NCBI GenBank assembly: GCA_964276515.1
Contig: OZ193909.1
Span: 12,896,001-12,960,000, forward strand
Origin: Gordius albopunctatus
Lineage: Eukaryota
Direction of reading: 5' to 3'
DNA length: 64,000 bases
The position numbers were made by a program, and so were the translations under genes. How positions within the stretch are numbered: position 1 is the stretch's first letter; every line of letters begins with the position of its first letter. Shown here one piece after another: positions 36,534 through 48,522 of the stretch. The notes beneath the pieces are model-generated. The model ran no database searches. It was not told where the DNA came from and was given only the letters and a program-made list of their open reading frames with translations.

Positions 36534-39500
36534 TACGCCTGTGGGAATTCTCGAAATTCTATTCGAATTCAGATTCGATTCGAAAACCCCAAAGGAATCT
36601 TAAAAAAAGATTAAAAAAATTATTTACTTTAAATTGATTTTAAATAGATGATGCGAATATAATTGAGTTGTTTTTTATATTTCCGCAAATTAGTTATTTT
36701 CCTTGATCATAAAATTTAAATTTTATAAGCATACACAAAATATACTAAAAATTGTTTTTTTACATATAATATGGGCTTGAAATTCCATGAAATTTTTAAC
36801 ATTTTTGTTACCATCTTAGGTCATTCGTTAGGTAATGTTAAACATTATTTTCGTCCCTATCCACATAAAATATTTAACTACTTAGATGCTGAAATCTTAT
36901 TTTAATACATAAAATTATAGAACAAAATAATAAATTGTTAAACGAGTACCGGAAACTAAGTAACAAGTAAACTCTAATTAATGCCATTCGAATTATGCAA
37001 CTTGCAATCATTCTAAAAGTTTTTTTGTATAACAAATAAAAATGACTAAAAACTATTCTTCATTGTTTCAGAAATATCATATTTTATCCTTTTCGCCCTT
37101 AATGTTTTTATATTCAATTTTTGTAATTTTATGAAATATTTTTAAATGTATTAATATTAATCAATTAATGAACACTACCAACGACGGTCCCAAGTCCGTG
37201 TGAAAAAAGTGGAGGGTTGGCGTCAGGTCGGAAGCCGGCTGTAAAAAGCAACTCCAAACACCATGGCAGCTACAAATACGAACTTATACCAGAATGCTAG
37301 GGCGTCCTCCCCAAACGACGCGTATTGCATCATCCGCCCGTGCAATGTGAAAAGTATACAAGGGTCACCGCCTCACTCACAACAAATGCGGTTAAGGAAC
37401 CTAGTTGTCGAACGGACAAGAGTGGCTAGCTGGAATGTGGGCACGCTGACGGGGAAGAGCATCGAGGTTGCGCAGATGCTAAAAAGGCGAAGGATACACA
37501 TAGCGTGTCTACAAGAAACGCGGTGGCATGGAACAAAAGCCAGGGAGCTAGGAGATGGTTACAATTACAAGCTATACTACTCGGGTTCCCAATCACGGAA
37601 GAACGGGGTCGGTATAGTGCTTAGCGATCCCTTTAAGGACAAGGTAGTCGAAGTCAAACGATGCTCAGATAGATTGATGTGCATAAAGCTGGCGGATCAA
37701 GGCGGCCTTGTCAATGTTATTTGTGCGTATTCGCCCCAGGTTGGATGTTCCGAAAATGAGAAGGACGAATTCTATGAGAAGCTCGAAAAGTAAATACGCT
37801 ACGTGAAGCCTGACGAGAATCTCATTATCGGAGCAGACTTTAATGGGCACGTTGGGAAAGAAAGGGGCGTGTACGAACGAAATCACGGCGGGCATGGCTA
37901 TGGAGTGAAAAATAAAGAGGGAGAGAAGTTACTACAGATGGCGCAAGCTTACGATATGGCCATTGTGAATAATTCTTTCAGAAGCGTACCGAACATTTAG
38001 CGACGTACATTAGTGGGGATCACCTTACACAGGTCGACTACATATTAGTGAAGCGCAAAAATTTGTGGCAAGTTAAAGATTGCAAGGTTATACCGGGGGA
38101 AGAAATCGCCAAACAACATCGGCCAGTTGTCCTCGATATAGCAAGAAAGATTTTTCCCGTAAGAAGAAAAGTCTACACACCAAGGACAAAGTACGAAAAG
38201 CTTAAGGATGATCATGCAAATGAAATGTTTCACGCTCGAGCAACTCCGCTCTTGAAGGTTGCAGGCTTGGAGGGCGACATTAACAAAAGATGGGGCACCG
38301 TTGCAAATGTTCTAAAGGAAACGGCCTTTCAAATATTGGGACGAACTAAGGGCGGCAGAGCTCACAAGCGTGAACTATGGTGGTGGAATGACTCGGTCAA
38401 AGAGGTTATAGAAGAAAAGAAGGCGTTGTACCTACGATGGTACAAAACGAAGAAAGGAGAAGACTACGAGGCATATCGTGAAGCGAAACGCAAAGCTAAG
38501 ATAGCGGTCACGATAGCGAAGAACGAGGCTTACACCGAGATGGCAAACAAGCTCGATACCAAGGGCGGCGACATAGTCATGTATAAACTCGCAAAGATCA
38601 GGGAGAAAAAAAGTCAAGATGTCGGGACACTTAAAGTCATTAAAAGCGAAGAGGGACGAACGTTGTGCAAACCGAAGGAAGTCATCAAAAGATGGAAAGA
38701 TTATTTCCAAAATATGATGAACAAAACGAATGATAGAAGACCGCTAGAGAGGGTGGAACCCAACTCGAACTTGGTTTTACCATTTCAGGCTTATGAAATA
38801 GGAGCGCAACTAACGAAGATGCGGAAAGGGAAAGCGCTAGGTCCCGATGATCTACCGATCGAAGCTTGGCTTGGGTGCAAAGGAGAAGGAATCGACATAA
38901 TGACAGGCCTATTTAACGCTATGCTGTATGAGAGTCGTATCCCTGAACAATGGAGGGAAAGTACGATCATACCCATATACAAAGGTAAAGGAGACGCGCA
39001 GGAATGTGGCAACTTTAGAGGTATCAAGTTGACCTGCCACTCACTAAAACTACTAGAAAGGGTGCTAGTGAAAAGGCTCAATGACGAAGTTTGTCTCTCG
39101 CCCAATCAGTTTGGATTTGTGGCCGGTAAATCAACGATGGACCCAATCTTTGCGTTGAAGCAGACGATGGAAAAATATGGCGACATAAAAAAGAAATTAC
39201 ACATGGTCTTCATCGATTTAGAAAAGGCCTACGATACGGTTCCGAGAGACTTAATATGGTGATCCCTTAGAGCCAGAAATATACCCGAAGGATATGTTCG
39301 ACTTATCAAGTAAATGTATAATGGCGCGGTTAGATCTGTTAGGACTACCGTAGGAGTAACGAAACCCTTCCGAATAATGATCGGACTACATCAAGGATCA
39401 GCGTTAAGCCCATTCTTGTTTAATCTAATTATGGATACAATAACAAAGGACTTGCACAAGCCAGCCCCTTGGACTATGCTATATGCCAACGATATTGTCC

Positions 39501-40375
39501 TATGCGATGAAACAAGAGAAGGGGTTTTTCATCAGGCGAAAAAATGGTCAGAACGTTTTTCGGAATTCGGGTTAAAGGTCAGCGAGAAGAAAACTGTTTA
39601 CATGCAAACGATGGGCGGTAGTCCGCAAATGCACAAAAATGACGGTCCAAGGTACACGGAGGTTGATAAGTTCACATATCTTGGCTCGCTATTACATCAA
39701 GAGGGAGGATGTACCGCCGAAGTCCATTCTCGGATCAAGAAAGCATGGCTCAAGTGGCGCAGCATCTCCGGTGTCATGTGTGACAAAAAGATACCAATTT
39801 GGTTGAAAAGCAAGGCTTACAAAACCATCGTGCGACCGGTCTTGCTTTACGGGAGCGAAACATGGGCTGTAACCACCGCGGAGGAGAAACTCTTGCAAGT
39901 CACGGAAATGAGAATGGTGCGATGGAGCTTAGGCTACACCAAGCTGGATCGCATAACGAACGAATCCTTGATGACAAAGATGGGTATACAAGCGACGAAG
40001 GACTTCTTAAGAGAAAATCGACTATGTATTACAAAGAGACGAAGACGATGTCACACGCCGAACGCTGGAGATGGACGTGCCTGGAAGAAGAGGAAGGGGC
40101 AGACCACGTGCCACCTGGAAACGACTGGTTGAAAAGGATATGGACGTCAAACAGATGGAAATTGGCATGGCATTCACACGACTCAGATGGAAGACACGAT
40201 AAAGAAGAAGATTAATCAATTAATGCAATTATTCTTAATTAAAGAAACTTAAAAACTATACGAATCGATTTCGAATCTTAAGTTTTTCTTCGAATCGAAT
40301 TCGAATCCTTATTTTAATATCAGGTGAATCTCGAATCAAATACTTTTTAAATAAAATGTTCAAACCAGAGACCTA
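36534..40375. mobile_element. hAT-type MITE with TTCGAAT subterminal repeats, split by the RTE insertion
   Basis: Termini TACGCCTGTGG / CCAGAGACCTA; TSD CCATATAT/CCATACAT; GATTCGAATC motifs near both ends. Confidence 0.75.
37171..40210 (+). mobile_element. Near full-length RTE non-LTR retrotransposon (APE and RT), inactivated
   Basis: Perfect 15-bp TSD ATTAATCAATTAATG (37156-37170, 40211-40225); (AAG)n tail; APE motifs SWNVGTL, LQET, GADFNGH; RT motifs FIDLEKAYD, GLHQGSALSP; YADD mutated to YAND; stops and frameshifts. Confidence 0.95.
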
Positions 40376-42318
40376 CCATACATTAATCATATGAAAATAG
40401 GTCAGACTGGGAATCCTTACATCGCACTCCTATTACCTCTCTACAGTTCCCCCATTTCCACAGACAAAATCCTTAAGGAATGCTGGCGGTTTCCGACTAC
40501 GCTGTGGGTATCTAGGTTCTTCCCTAGGCGTTCCTGACTGGTTTTGAATTTGTTCCCTTGTAGCACTTGTTCCCTCTTCCCTTTCTGATGATATTATTTG
40601 TTGCCACCCGTTCTCTTGTCCCAGAGTGGTCCAATCCAGGATTTTCCGTTTCCTTACTTGATCCACGTGTCGGTGGTGCTTTCTTCCCTGTGCCCCACAT
40701 CGTAGGAACGACTACCGTGCTAAGCTTTTATCGTGCCTTCTACCCATTTGCTTGGACCCAAAAACATTCGTACCCAAACCAAGTCTCCTACGTTGGACAT
40801 TCGCGTGTTCCGGGTCTCTACCCATTGTTGTGGTACGGCTTCCCTCAATACCTCCCATTGGGTTCGCATACGCCTTTTTAGCGTCCCCTCTGCTGGCTTT
40901 TATTGGTTGCGGGGTGTTTTGTAGATCTGCAGTTAGCTAATTAGCCCTACTTCCGACTCGTTCCTAATAATGGCTTCTTTAATTAATCGTACGTACCTTT
41001 CTGCCAAACCGTTCGACGCAGGATGGTAAGGAGCTATCTATCGCTGATTCATCCCTCTCATCTTGCAAAAATTCTGTAATTCCTGCCCTTTGAATTGTGG
41101 ACCATTATCTGATATTAACCATGGTGGATTTCCAAATCTAGCAAACGTTTCGGCAAGCTTTTTATAATGGTTGTCGATGTGACCCATTTCGAGCTATTGT
41201 CGACCATCACCAGGTATGACTTACCCTTGAGAGGACCCATGATATTGATATGTACTTGGACACTTGGTTTATGGCTAGGTTGACACTCTATCAACGGTGC
41301 CTTCTCTTACTACGTCCAATGATATAAACGGATTCGTCGAGTCTTCTGGCATTTCTTCACTAACCGGATACGCGTTTTCGTTAGGTTTTATAGACAAGAA
41401 ATCTGCCGCGTTTTCGGATCCCTTGTTGACTCAAACTTGGTCGTGTAGCCTGATACCATGAGCGCCCACCTAGTTAGACGTGGTGACCATTGTTCCTTGC
41501 CCCTTTTGCTCTGATAAAATATATAAGCTAGCGGTCTATGATCCATCATAATAGTCACGCTTCGTCCTTGTATATATTCATTGAACTTTTTTAGTCCATA
41601 AACCACCGTCGTCGAATACCGGCTTTTGCTATCGTTTAACGCTCTTGAAGCATAAGCCACCACTCTCCAATTCTCTCCTGCTGCTCGTTGCTGTAAGATG
41701 GCCCCTAACCCTGTACCAGAGGCGTCTACGACCAGGCCAGTCTCCCAATCTCCATTAAAGTATGCCAGTACGGGGGCTTTCGTAAGCGTGGACTTGATGG
41801 CTTCAAATGCGCCTTGTTGTTCTTCACCCCAGTGGTACATCACGTTTTTTTTCATGAGTTTCTGAATCGCGTGCACGATTTTGGCGTAGTCCTTAATGAA
41901 CTTTGAAAAATATGCTGTTAACCCAAGGAAGGATTTTATTTCCTTTTTGTTTGTTAAATTCTTCCACTGCTTGACTAGTTCGGCTTTGTTGTGGTTGATT
42001 TGAATCCTCTTGTTACTTATTACATATCCCAAAAAGCTTACTTCCTTCGCCCACAATATGCTCTTGGCAATCTTTGGCATGAATCCCCACTTTTGTAACG
42101 TTTATAGTACTTTGAGTAACCGCTCGTTGTGGATTTCTTTCGTTTCCCCTGCAATTAGTATATCGTCGATGTATACCGCTACCCCCACTATGCCTCCTAA
42201 TATTTGATCCATTGTTTTTTGGGAAATCGCCGCCGCACAATTTAAGCCAAAAGGCATCCGGTTAACTTTAAATAAGTCCTTGTGCGTAGAGATAGTCAAT
42301 CGTTGGCTCGTCCACGAT

Positions 42319-42879
42319 AGTTATAAACTTAAATATAAAACGCGTTTAAAAGCGAATTGATCTGGCCTTTTCAGTAGCCTAATATTTTACCAATAACTAA
42401 GTTTGAGGAAAGTTTTATAACTTTTGGCCTATTACTGTTTAAAATATAGCATCTTTTTTGCCAGAGGGGTCATGTGTACCCCACGAATGCTCTCACGTAA
42501 GTTTTTTTCTGTTGGAAAAAATGTATTTATTTTTTTTCGTTTGATGATATCTTTTACAATTTGTGTTTTTAATACATTTTGAAAATTCTTTTAATAAAAA
42601 ATCACGTTTATTTTGATTTATTTTAAGGTATATGATGTCAAGACGTAAAATGAGGGGAAGATCTAAAACACCCAAAATAAAAATGGGGGTCCAGAAAATT
42701 GTTAATAAGTTTTGTAATGTTGATTAGATACCATCAATCTTAAGACCTTTATAAACACATGTTTAAAATTTGAAAGGTTTAAAAAGAATACTTTAAAAGT
42801 TATAAGAGGTTAACAAATGGGGTCAAATATACCCCACTAATGTTCTCGCGTTCGGGATTTTCAAGAATGCTCTCGAGGG
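42319..42879. mobile_element. piggyBac-type MITE fragment interrupting the Gypsy RT
   Basis: AT-rich block ending GAGGG|TTAA with GGGGT..ACCCC palindromes. Confidence 0.65.
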
Positions 42880-44563
42880 TTAACAAATCGTCAATTTTGG
42901 GTAAGGGGTACAACAAACCTTGCGCGTGTTTATTTATCGTAAACCGGTAATCTATACATAATCACAGGCTCCCATCGCTTTTTTTACGGGTACAACTGGA
43001 CTGGTCCATCTTGAAAAATCGATTGGTACTATTACCCCGTCCCTGACCCATTTGTTCAAATCTTCTTCTACTTCTTTCTTCCATGCCATCGACACCTTTC
43101 GTGCGGGGATAAATACGGGATTCATGCCTTCTTTTAACGGCACTTCCACCGTTATTCCCTTGACTGCTTTTGGGAATTTGTTTAGCTGGCCATCCATTGC
43201 TTCATCATGTGCTCGATCGCGAACTTGGTATCCTTCAGTCTTTCCACGTAATTGACCGCGAACCGTTCCGCCGCAGCTCTCGAGTTCCAACGTATCGGAC
43301 GCCAGATTTCGGGCTCGAATTCTTGGATCCAATCTATCCCGCACAACTGCGGCCCCGCTACGTCTGCTAACAATAACGACAGCTGTTTCCTCATGTTCCC
43401 CATTCGGACATCGGCTTGTACCTTGGTTACGATCTTTATTTCTTCGTGCCCGTACACGTACACCGTCGGCACGGGTTCTTTGTTGCGTGGGATCTCCTTC
43501 GCCCATCTTCGCACCGGTATTATCGAGACCGTCGCGCCCGTATCAAAGATTCATTGGAATAACTCGTTATTAGTATATATATCTACTGTTAAGACATCTA
43601 AAGCATGGTTTAACCTGGGGATCTGGACCGGCCTAGGCCACGCTTCTCGTCTCGCCACTACGCTCCACGCCTCTTCGGGCCCGTCCTGCAAGGTGCTTAG
43701 CCCCCCATTTATCGTCTCGGCCGTTAACGCCAACTCTCGTAGGCGGTCCCATTTGATGTCATTTTCTGCCAACAGCGCAATCCTATAATGAATTGGTCGA
43801 CGATTCTGTTCTGCAATTCTTCGTTCCCGAAGTTGCAGCTGTTAGCTCCGGCCTTGAGTTTATTAGCGTACGCGTCTATCGTCTCTCCCTGGCCTTGTCG
43901 AACCTTTGAGAATTCATACCTCTTTGCCCTCGCGCATGAATTCCTCTGGAATAATTTTCTTAACCGATTTTTAGCTTCTTTCTATGTAATTACTGTCAAC
44001 TCTTGAGGTCTATAATCCACTAGTATCAATTGTAATGCCTCCCCATCAAGGCTGGTTAATAATAGAGCTGCTTTTTGCTCATCTGTCTCCGTCTTATTGC
44101 TCCTTAGGAATAGCTCAAATTGTGTTATAAAAGCGTCGATGTTAGCCGTTGTTTTATATTTCTGCAACCCCGCGTAGGTACGATGCCATTGTTACGACTG
44201 GGAATCTTTATTCACTCCAGGTTTCGAAGCGATACAATAATGCATAGCAATTAATAGAAAGTGAGTAAGACGTGTATATCAAACGCATATATAAGTTACA
44301 ACCCGTTAACGATAATTTGATTGACAACACATCGGTAAATAAACTCTTGCAAAATTTTTTAGATAGATCAAATACTACCATTTTTGACCTTTAAGGACTA
44401 AAATTAAAGATTAAATGTTTTAATCGAAAAAATTTTTTTCCGTCTCTGCTCTACTATTCCAATCAAAGTTTCCAAGGGCACGTTCCTTTTATGTCTTGGG
44501 CCTTCGGAGTACTCTGCCAATTTAAATCTCGCGTCTTGACGGGTTTTATGTTCTTTCCGAAAC

Positions 44564-45238
44564 TTGGGCTGTAAATACACGTCCCCATACCCCTGCCGGC
44601 TTTGTAATTCACTTGTAGATGAGGAAGCGCGTCACCCTCTGCATTGTAAATTTAGCAAAAGGCCGTATAGTAGGCACCAAAAAATAAATACACTGCTTCA
44701 AGCTGCCCTCAAACGGGCAAAAGTTCCTTCGATCCTTGAACCTTCAGATCCCTCTCTCGAAGGGTCCGGACGGTTCGTCACTTATCCCATGGGACAAAGG
44801 CCTTTTCCTAAAATGGGACTACACCTGTATTGACCTATTTGCCCCCTCCAACGATACTCACGACCCCCTAGGATCGGCAGAGCATAGGAAATCCTTAAAA
44901 TATTCAGCTTTATCCCAAACCTCGATTTTTATTTCTATCGTCTCATCGTGCTCAGGGACGTTTGGGAAGAGCGCATTAATTTTTTTAAAGAACTCAATAA
45001 ACGCTCGCCCTCTTGTAAATATCGAATAGTTTTTACTACGACAATCAATTGCCATCGCGATCGCTAAATCTAATTTTTATTCTTTGGTGGATTCAATGCC
45101 CATTCTCAAAGATGAAGATACGGATAATGTGTTTTAATCATTTTTTTATAAATGTTTTTGTTCTTGTATCTTTTTAAGAATTCCGCTCAATATTTAATAC
45201 TTTTTATTTAATAAAGCATGTCAATTCTAAAAAAAAAT
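44564..45238 (+). mobile_element. 3' fragment of CRE-type family B inside the Gypsy 5' LTR
   Basis: Near-identical to 32838-33513 including poly-A. Confidence 0.92.
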
Positions 45239-45984
45239 GACGTATCCCCGGAGGCACTTCGCACTCCTATTACCTCTCTACAATACCTAGATGATTTTAT
45301 ATTATAAGATGATTAAAGTGTCAGCATTTGTGTACGAAAAAGTAAAAGGGTACTGATACTTTTAAACTTTGCGAGAACATTTAGGCAACTAGTGTCAAAA
45401 TTATGAATTTTTTTTAATATTACATTATTTACTACATTATTCATGGTCATACGCTTCTTTATAATCAACGCATTAAAAGACACATTAAAGGAATGAATCT
45501 AATTTGGATGTAGGTTTATCAAAGATTAATGAGGTGGTTAATTACTTTGATGCGATATTTTATGTGGGGATTATATGATAAAACTAACATACCTCTTGCC
45601 GATAAAATTTTAATTTTTCTTAATATTTATGATTGTCCTCTGTGTGCCTTAAAAACATTTAACAACTCATGATGCTAAATCTAAAAATGTTAGTCATTTT
45701 TAGATTGACTAAAAATTATTCAAAATATTATATATGTCAATTGACAAATAACACAAAAATATTATTAGGCTTATGTTAAATTAGTAGAGTGAAACGTTTA
45801 CAGGCACTAAATTAATGCATGGGGCATATTTTATATAATTATATGCTGTAAATAATATGAATAGCGGAATTATTAAGATTTTGTTTTAAATTGATCCAAG
45901 CCATTCTGTCTCATGCTATATTATTTGTTGTTTTGACCCCAACTATCTGAAATCTAATATGCTGCTGTTTCTAAGATCCGATAC

Positions 45985-48060
45985 TAGAAATCTGCACGGC
46001 TCCGCACGCGCCCGGACGGGTCTTAAAAGCCAGCCGGGCTTGTACCGCTAAAAAAATCAAAGGATTGGGCCTGGACGGGCCTTAATGTTACCCAGCTGTC
46101 TCAGATCTGGCCTAGAAATAAGTAAGACCCGCTTAAAGTCTGCAAAGAAACCATTAAAATTTTAATTTCTTTATTTTAATGTAAAAACAAGGTGTGTTTT
46201 TATAATGTTTAAATTGGTAATTTTTTAATGTTTCTTAAATGAACAATAAAAGTTTAGTTACATTTCGCTTTTTATTTGTTTATTCATCAATATCTCTCAA
46301 GTAGGTCTCTGGTTTGAAAATTTTATTTAAAAAGTATTTGATTCGAGATTCGCCTGATATTAAAATAAGGATTCGAATTCGATACGAAGAAAAATTTAAG
46401 ATTCGAAATCGATTCGTATAGTTTTTAAGTTTCTTTAATTAAGAATAATTGCATTAATTGATGGATATTAATACATTTAAAAATATTTCATAAAATTACA
46501 AAAATTGAATATAAAAACATTAAGGGCGAAAAAGATAAAATATGATATTTTTGAAACAATGAAGAATAGTTTTTAGTTGGTTGCGGGGTGTTTTGTAGAT
46601 CTGTAGTTAGCTACTTAGCCCTACTTTCGACTCGTTCATAATAATGGCTTCTTTAATTAATCGTACGTACTTTTCTGCCAAACCGTTCGACGCAGGATGG
46701 TAAGGAGATGTCTATCGCTGATTCATTCCTCTCATCTTGCAATAGCAAATACATCTGGAATCCTCAAAGGCGGGCCTGGGCTTTTGTTAAAAATTGCGGG
46801 CCTGGCTTGGACGAGCGTTATGGTAATAAAACGCTCTGGGACGGTTCTAGCTATTAGTAGGGGCAAAACTTTTTTTACTAGAAAAAATGGTGTTTTTTAT
46901 GATGTTTATCAAATTTTATTATTATTTAACTTTACAATATAAACAAATCCTTATTAATTTTTGTTTGCTATTTATTCATAGAACTTGGCTTTTTATTTTT
47001 TAAAAAGGGGATCGTAAAACAATAACAAAAATAAATATATTTAGTATAAAATTATCCTAGCATAGAGTTTGAATTATCATAAATGGTTTTATGCAGCTTC
47101 AAGTGCTACTAATGAAAATTTAACTTGTTGGAAGAAACAAAAGCCTAGACTAATGTATTTAACATCATTAATATTAAACATTTTTAACATATAAATAAAT
47201 AAATAATTGTTTTGGTACTGACAAAAAATGTTTAAAAAGCAGCAGAATATATAAGATTTTTGGGAAGGTGTAGGCTAAGCCTGTGCGTTACAAAAAATCA
47301 GCGGGGCGAACTCGGGCTTATAATCTCATTTTAACGGTCCCGGGGCGGGACATTTTTTGTTAATGGTGGGAAAATTAAGCCTAAAAGGTTCATGCAAGTG
47401 TTTAGTTCAACAATGGGCCTAATATGCGCAAACAGAAAAATTGGAAGGACACTTTGCAATTTGGCATTTTTCACCAAAACCCATCTTAGATATTGAATTT
47501 ATATAATTTTAATTATTTTTTGTTTACTCGAAATTCTTTGACACAAAATTTATCCTGCCCCCCCCCCCCCTTACTCCTTACTTAGATGATCCTGCCTTCG
47601 CCACTTAATTTTGACCCCCCATGAGGCAATCCTGGATACGCCCATGCCAGTTCAATATTTAGATAAGCTTTATTACAAGTTTGTTTAGTGCATTAACTTG
47701 TTAAAATATATAAAGCAAAAAAGCTAAGTAACATCTACTAAAAATGTTTTTAGTCTAAATAAGGTTTCCAAAATTATCTTATTTGTCATATATGGTTTTA
47801 TGTATCTCGATTACAAGGGCCACTGTAAAAAATACTTTCAACAATCGGTCGCTTATTATAACAAATATGGTTTTGACCAAAAATTATTGATAATTTTTTA
47901 AATTATAATTCTTAACCCTTGTAACGTATTTGCTAACACATATCAGTAAAAAAATACAAGATGAAAAAAATAAAATATTTTTATTTCATACGGGCCCTGG
48001 CTTTCATATTTTTATAACGGAAGGGCCACTTGATCTCAACAAGCCCGTTGCAGGTCTCTA
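45985..48060. mobile_element. Degenerate GGCCCG-family MITE region with internal insertions; boundaries uncertain
   Basis: TAGAAATCTGCACGG start, GCCCGTTGCAGGTCTCTA end, scattered CGGGCC motifs; no clean TSD. Confidence 0.5.
46302..46742. repeat. Chimeric local duplication (inverted MITE end plus direct Gypsy fragment)
   Basis: 46302-46577 is the reverse complement of about 37045-37170 joined to 40226-40375; 46578-46742 is a direct copy of about 40904-41068. Confidence 0.9.
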
Positions 48061-48293
48061 CCATGTACTATTGAGCATACATAGGGTTTTCTTATAAATT
48101 AAGTTGGTAACATATACAACTTGTTGGGATTGGTGCAAACAAGCAATAAACATTTGAATAATTTAAATGCTCTGATTAGTTATTATGATTTGTGCCCTAA
48201 CATCAAAATTATTGTATATATTTTTGAGATAAGTTTAAAATCAAATGTTTTTTTTTATGTTTTAGACGCCTTAAGATTTTTATAGCTAGCGTA

Positions 48294-48451
48294 CATTGGC
48301 GTAGCTAGATTTTGGATTTGGGGAGGGGGGGTGGGCAGCGAAATTGTTTTAAGTTTAATTAGTGGGGGTCAAAACATGATTTTCTTTAATTTTAAGGTTT
48401 TTTGCATTGAATTTTTTTTGTCATTTAGGCCCCCCCCTTGCTAAGCCCATC
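48294..48451. mobile_element. CATGGGCGTAG-family MITE just upstream of TBC1D22
   Basis: CATTGGCGTAGC...GCTAAGCCCATC; perfect TSD CTAGCGTA. Confidence 0.85.
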
Positions 48452-48522
48452 CTAGCGTATGCTATCTGGTGCACAAAACTGCTAACATATGTTTTAATAA
48501 AATTACATCTATCCTCAAAAAT

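Larger units (their letters stand above)
40405..45282 (-). mobile_element. Decayed Ty3/Gypsy LTR retrotransposon (gag, PR, RT, RH, IN)
   Basis: LTR start TGTAGAGAGGTAATAGGAGTGCGA at 45282 and 40445; 5' LTR ends near 44190 before a TGG-initiated PBS; PPT GGAAATGGGGGAAC; protease DTGATVS, RT MPFGL/YIDD, RNase H DASGTGLGAIL..VAYASR, integrase remnants. Confidence 0.92.

Noticed and set aside
37263..40132. Domesticated or active RTE protein
   Set aside because: Several stops and frameshifts and a YADD to YAND change
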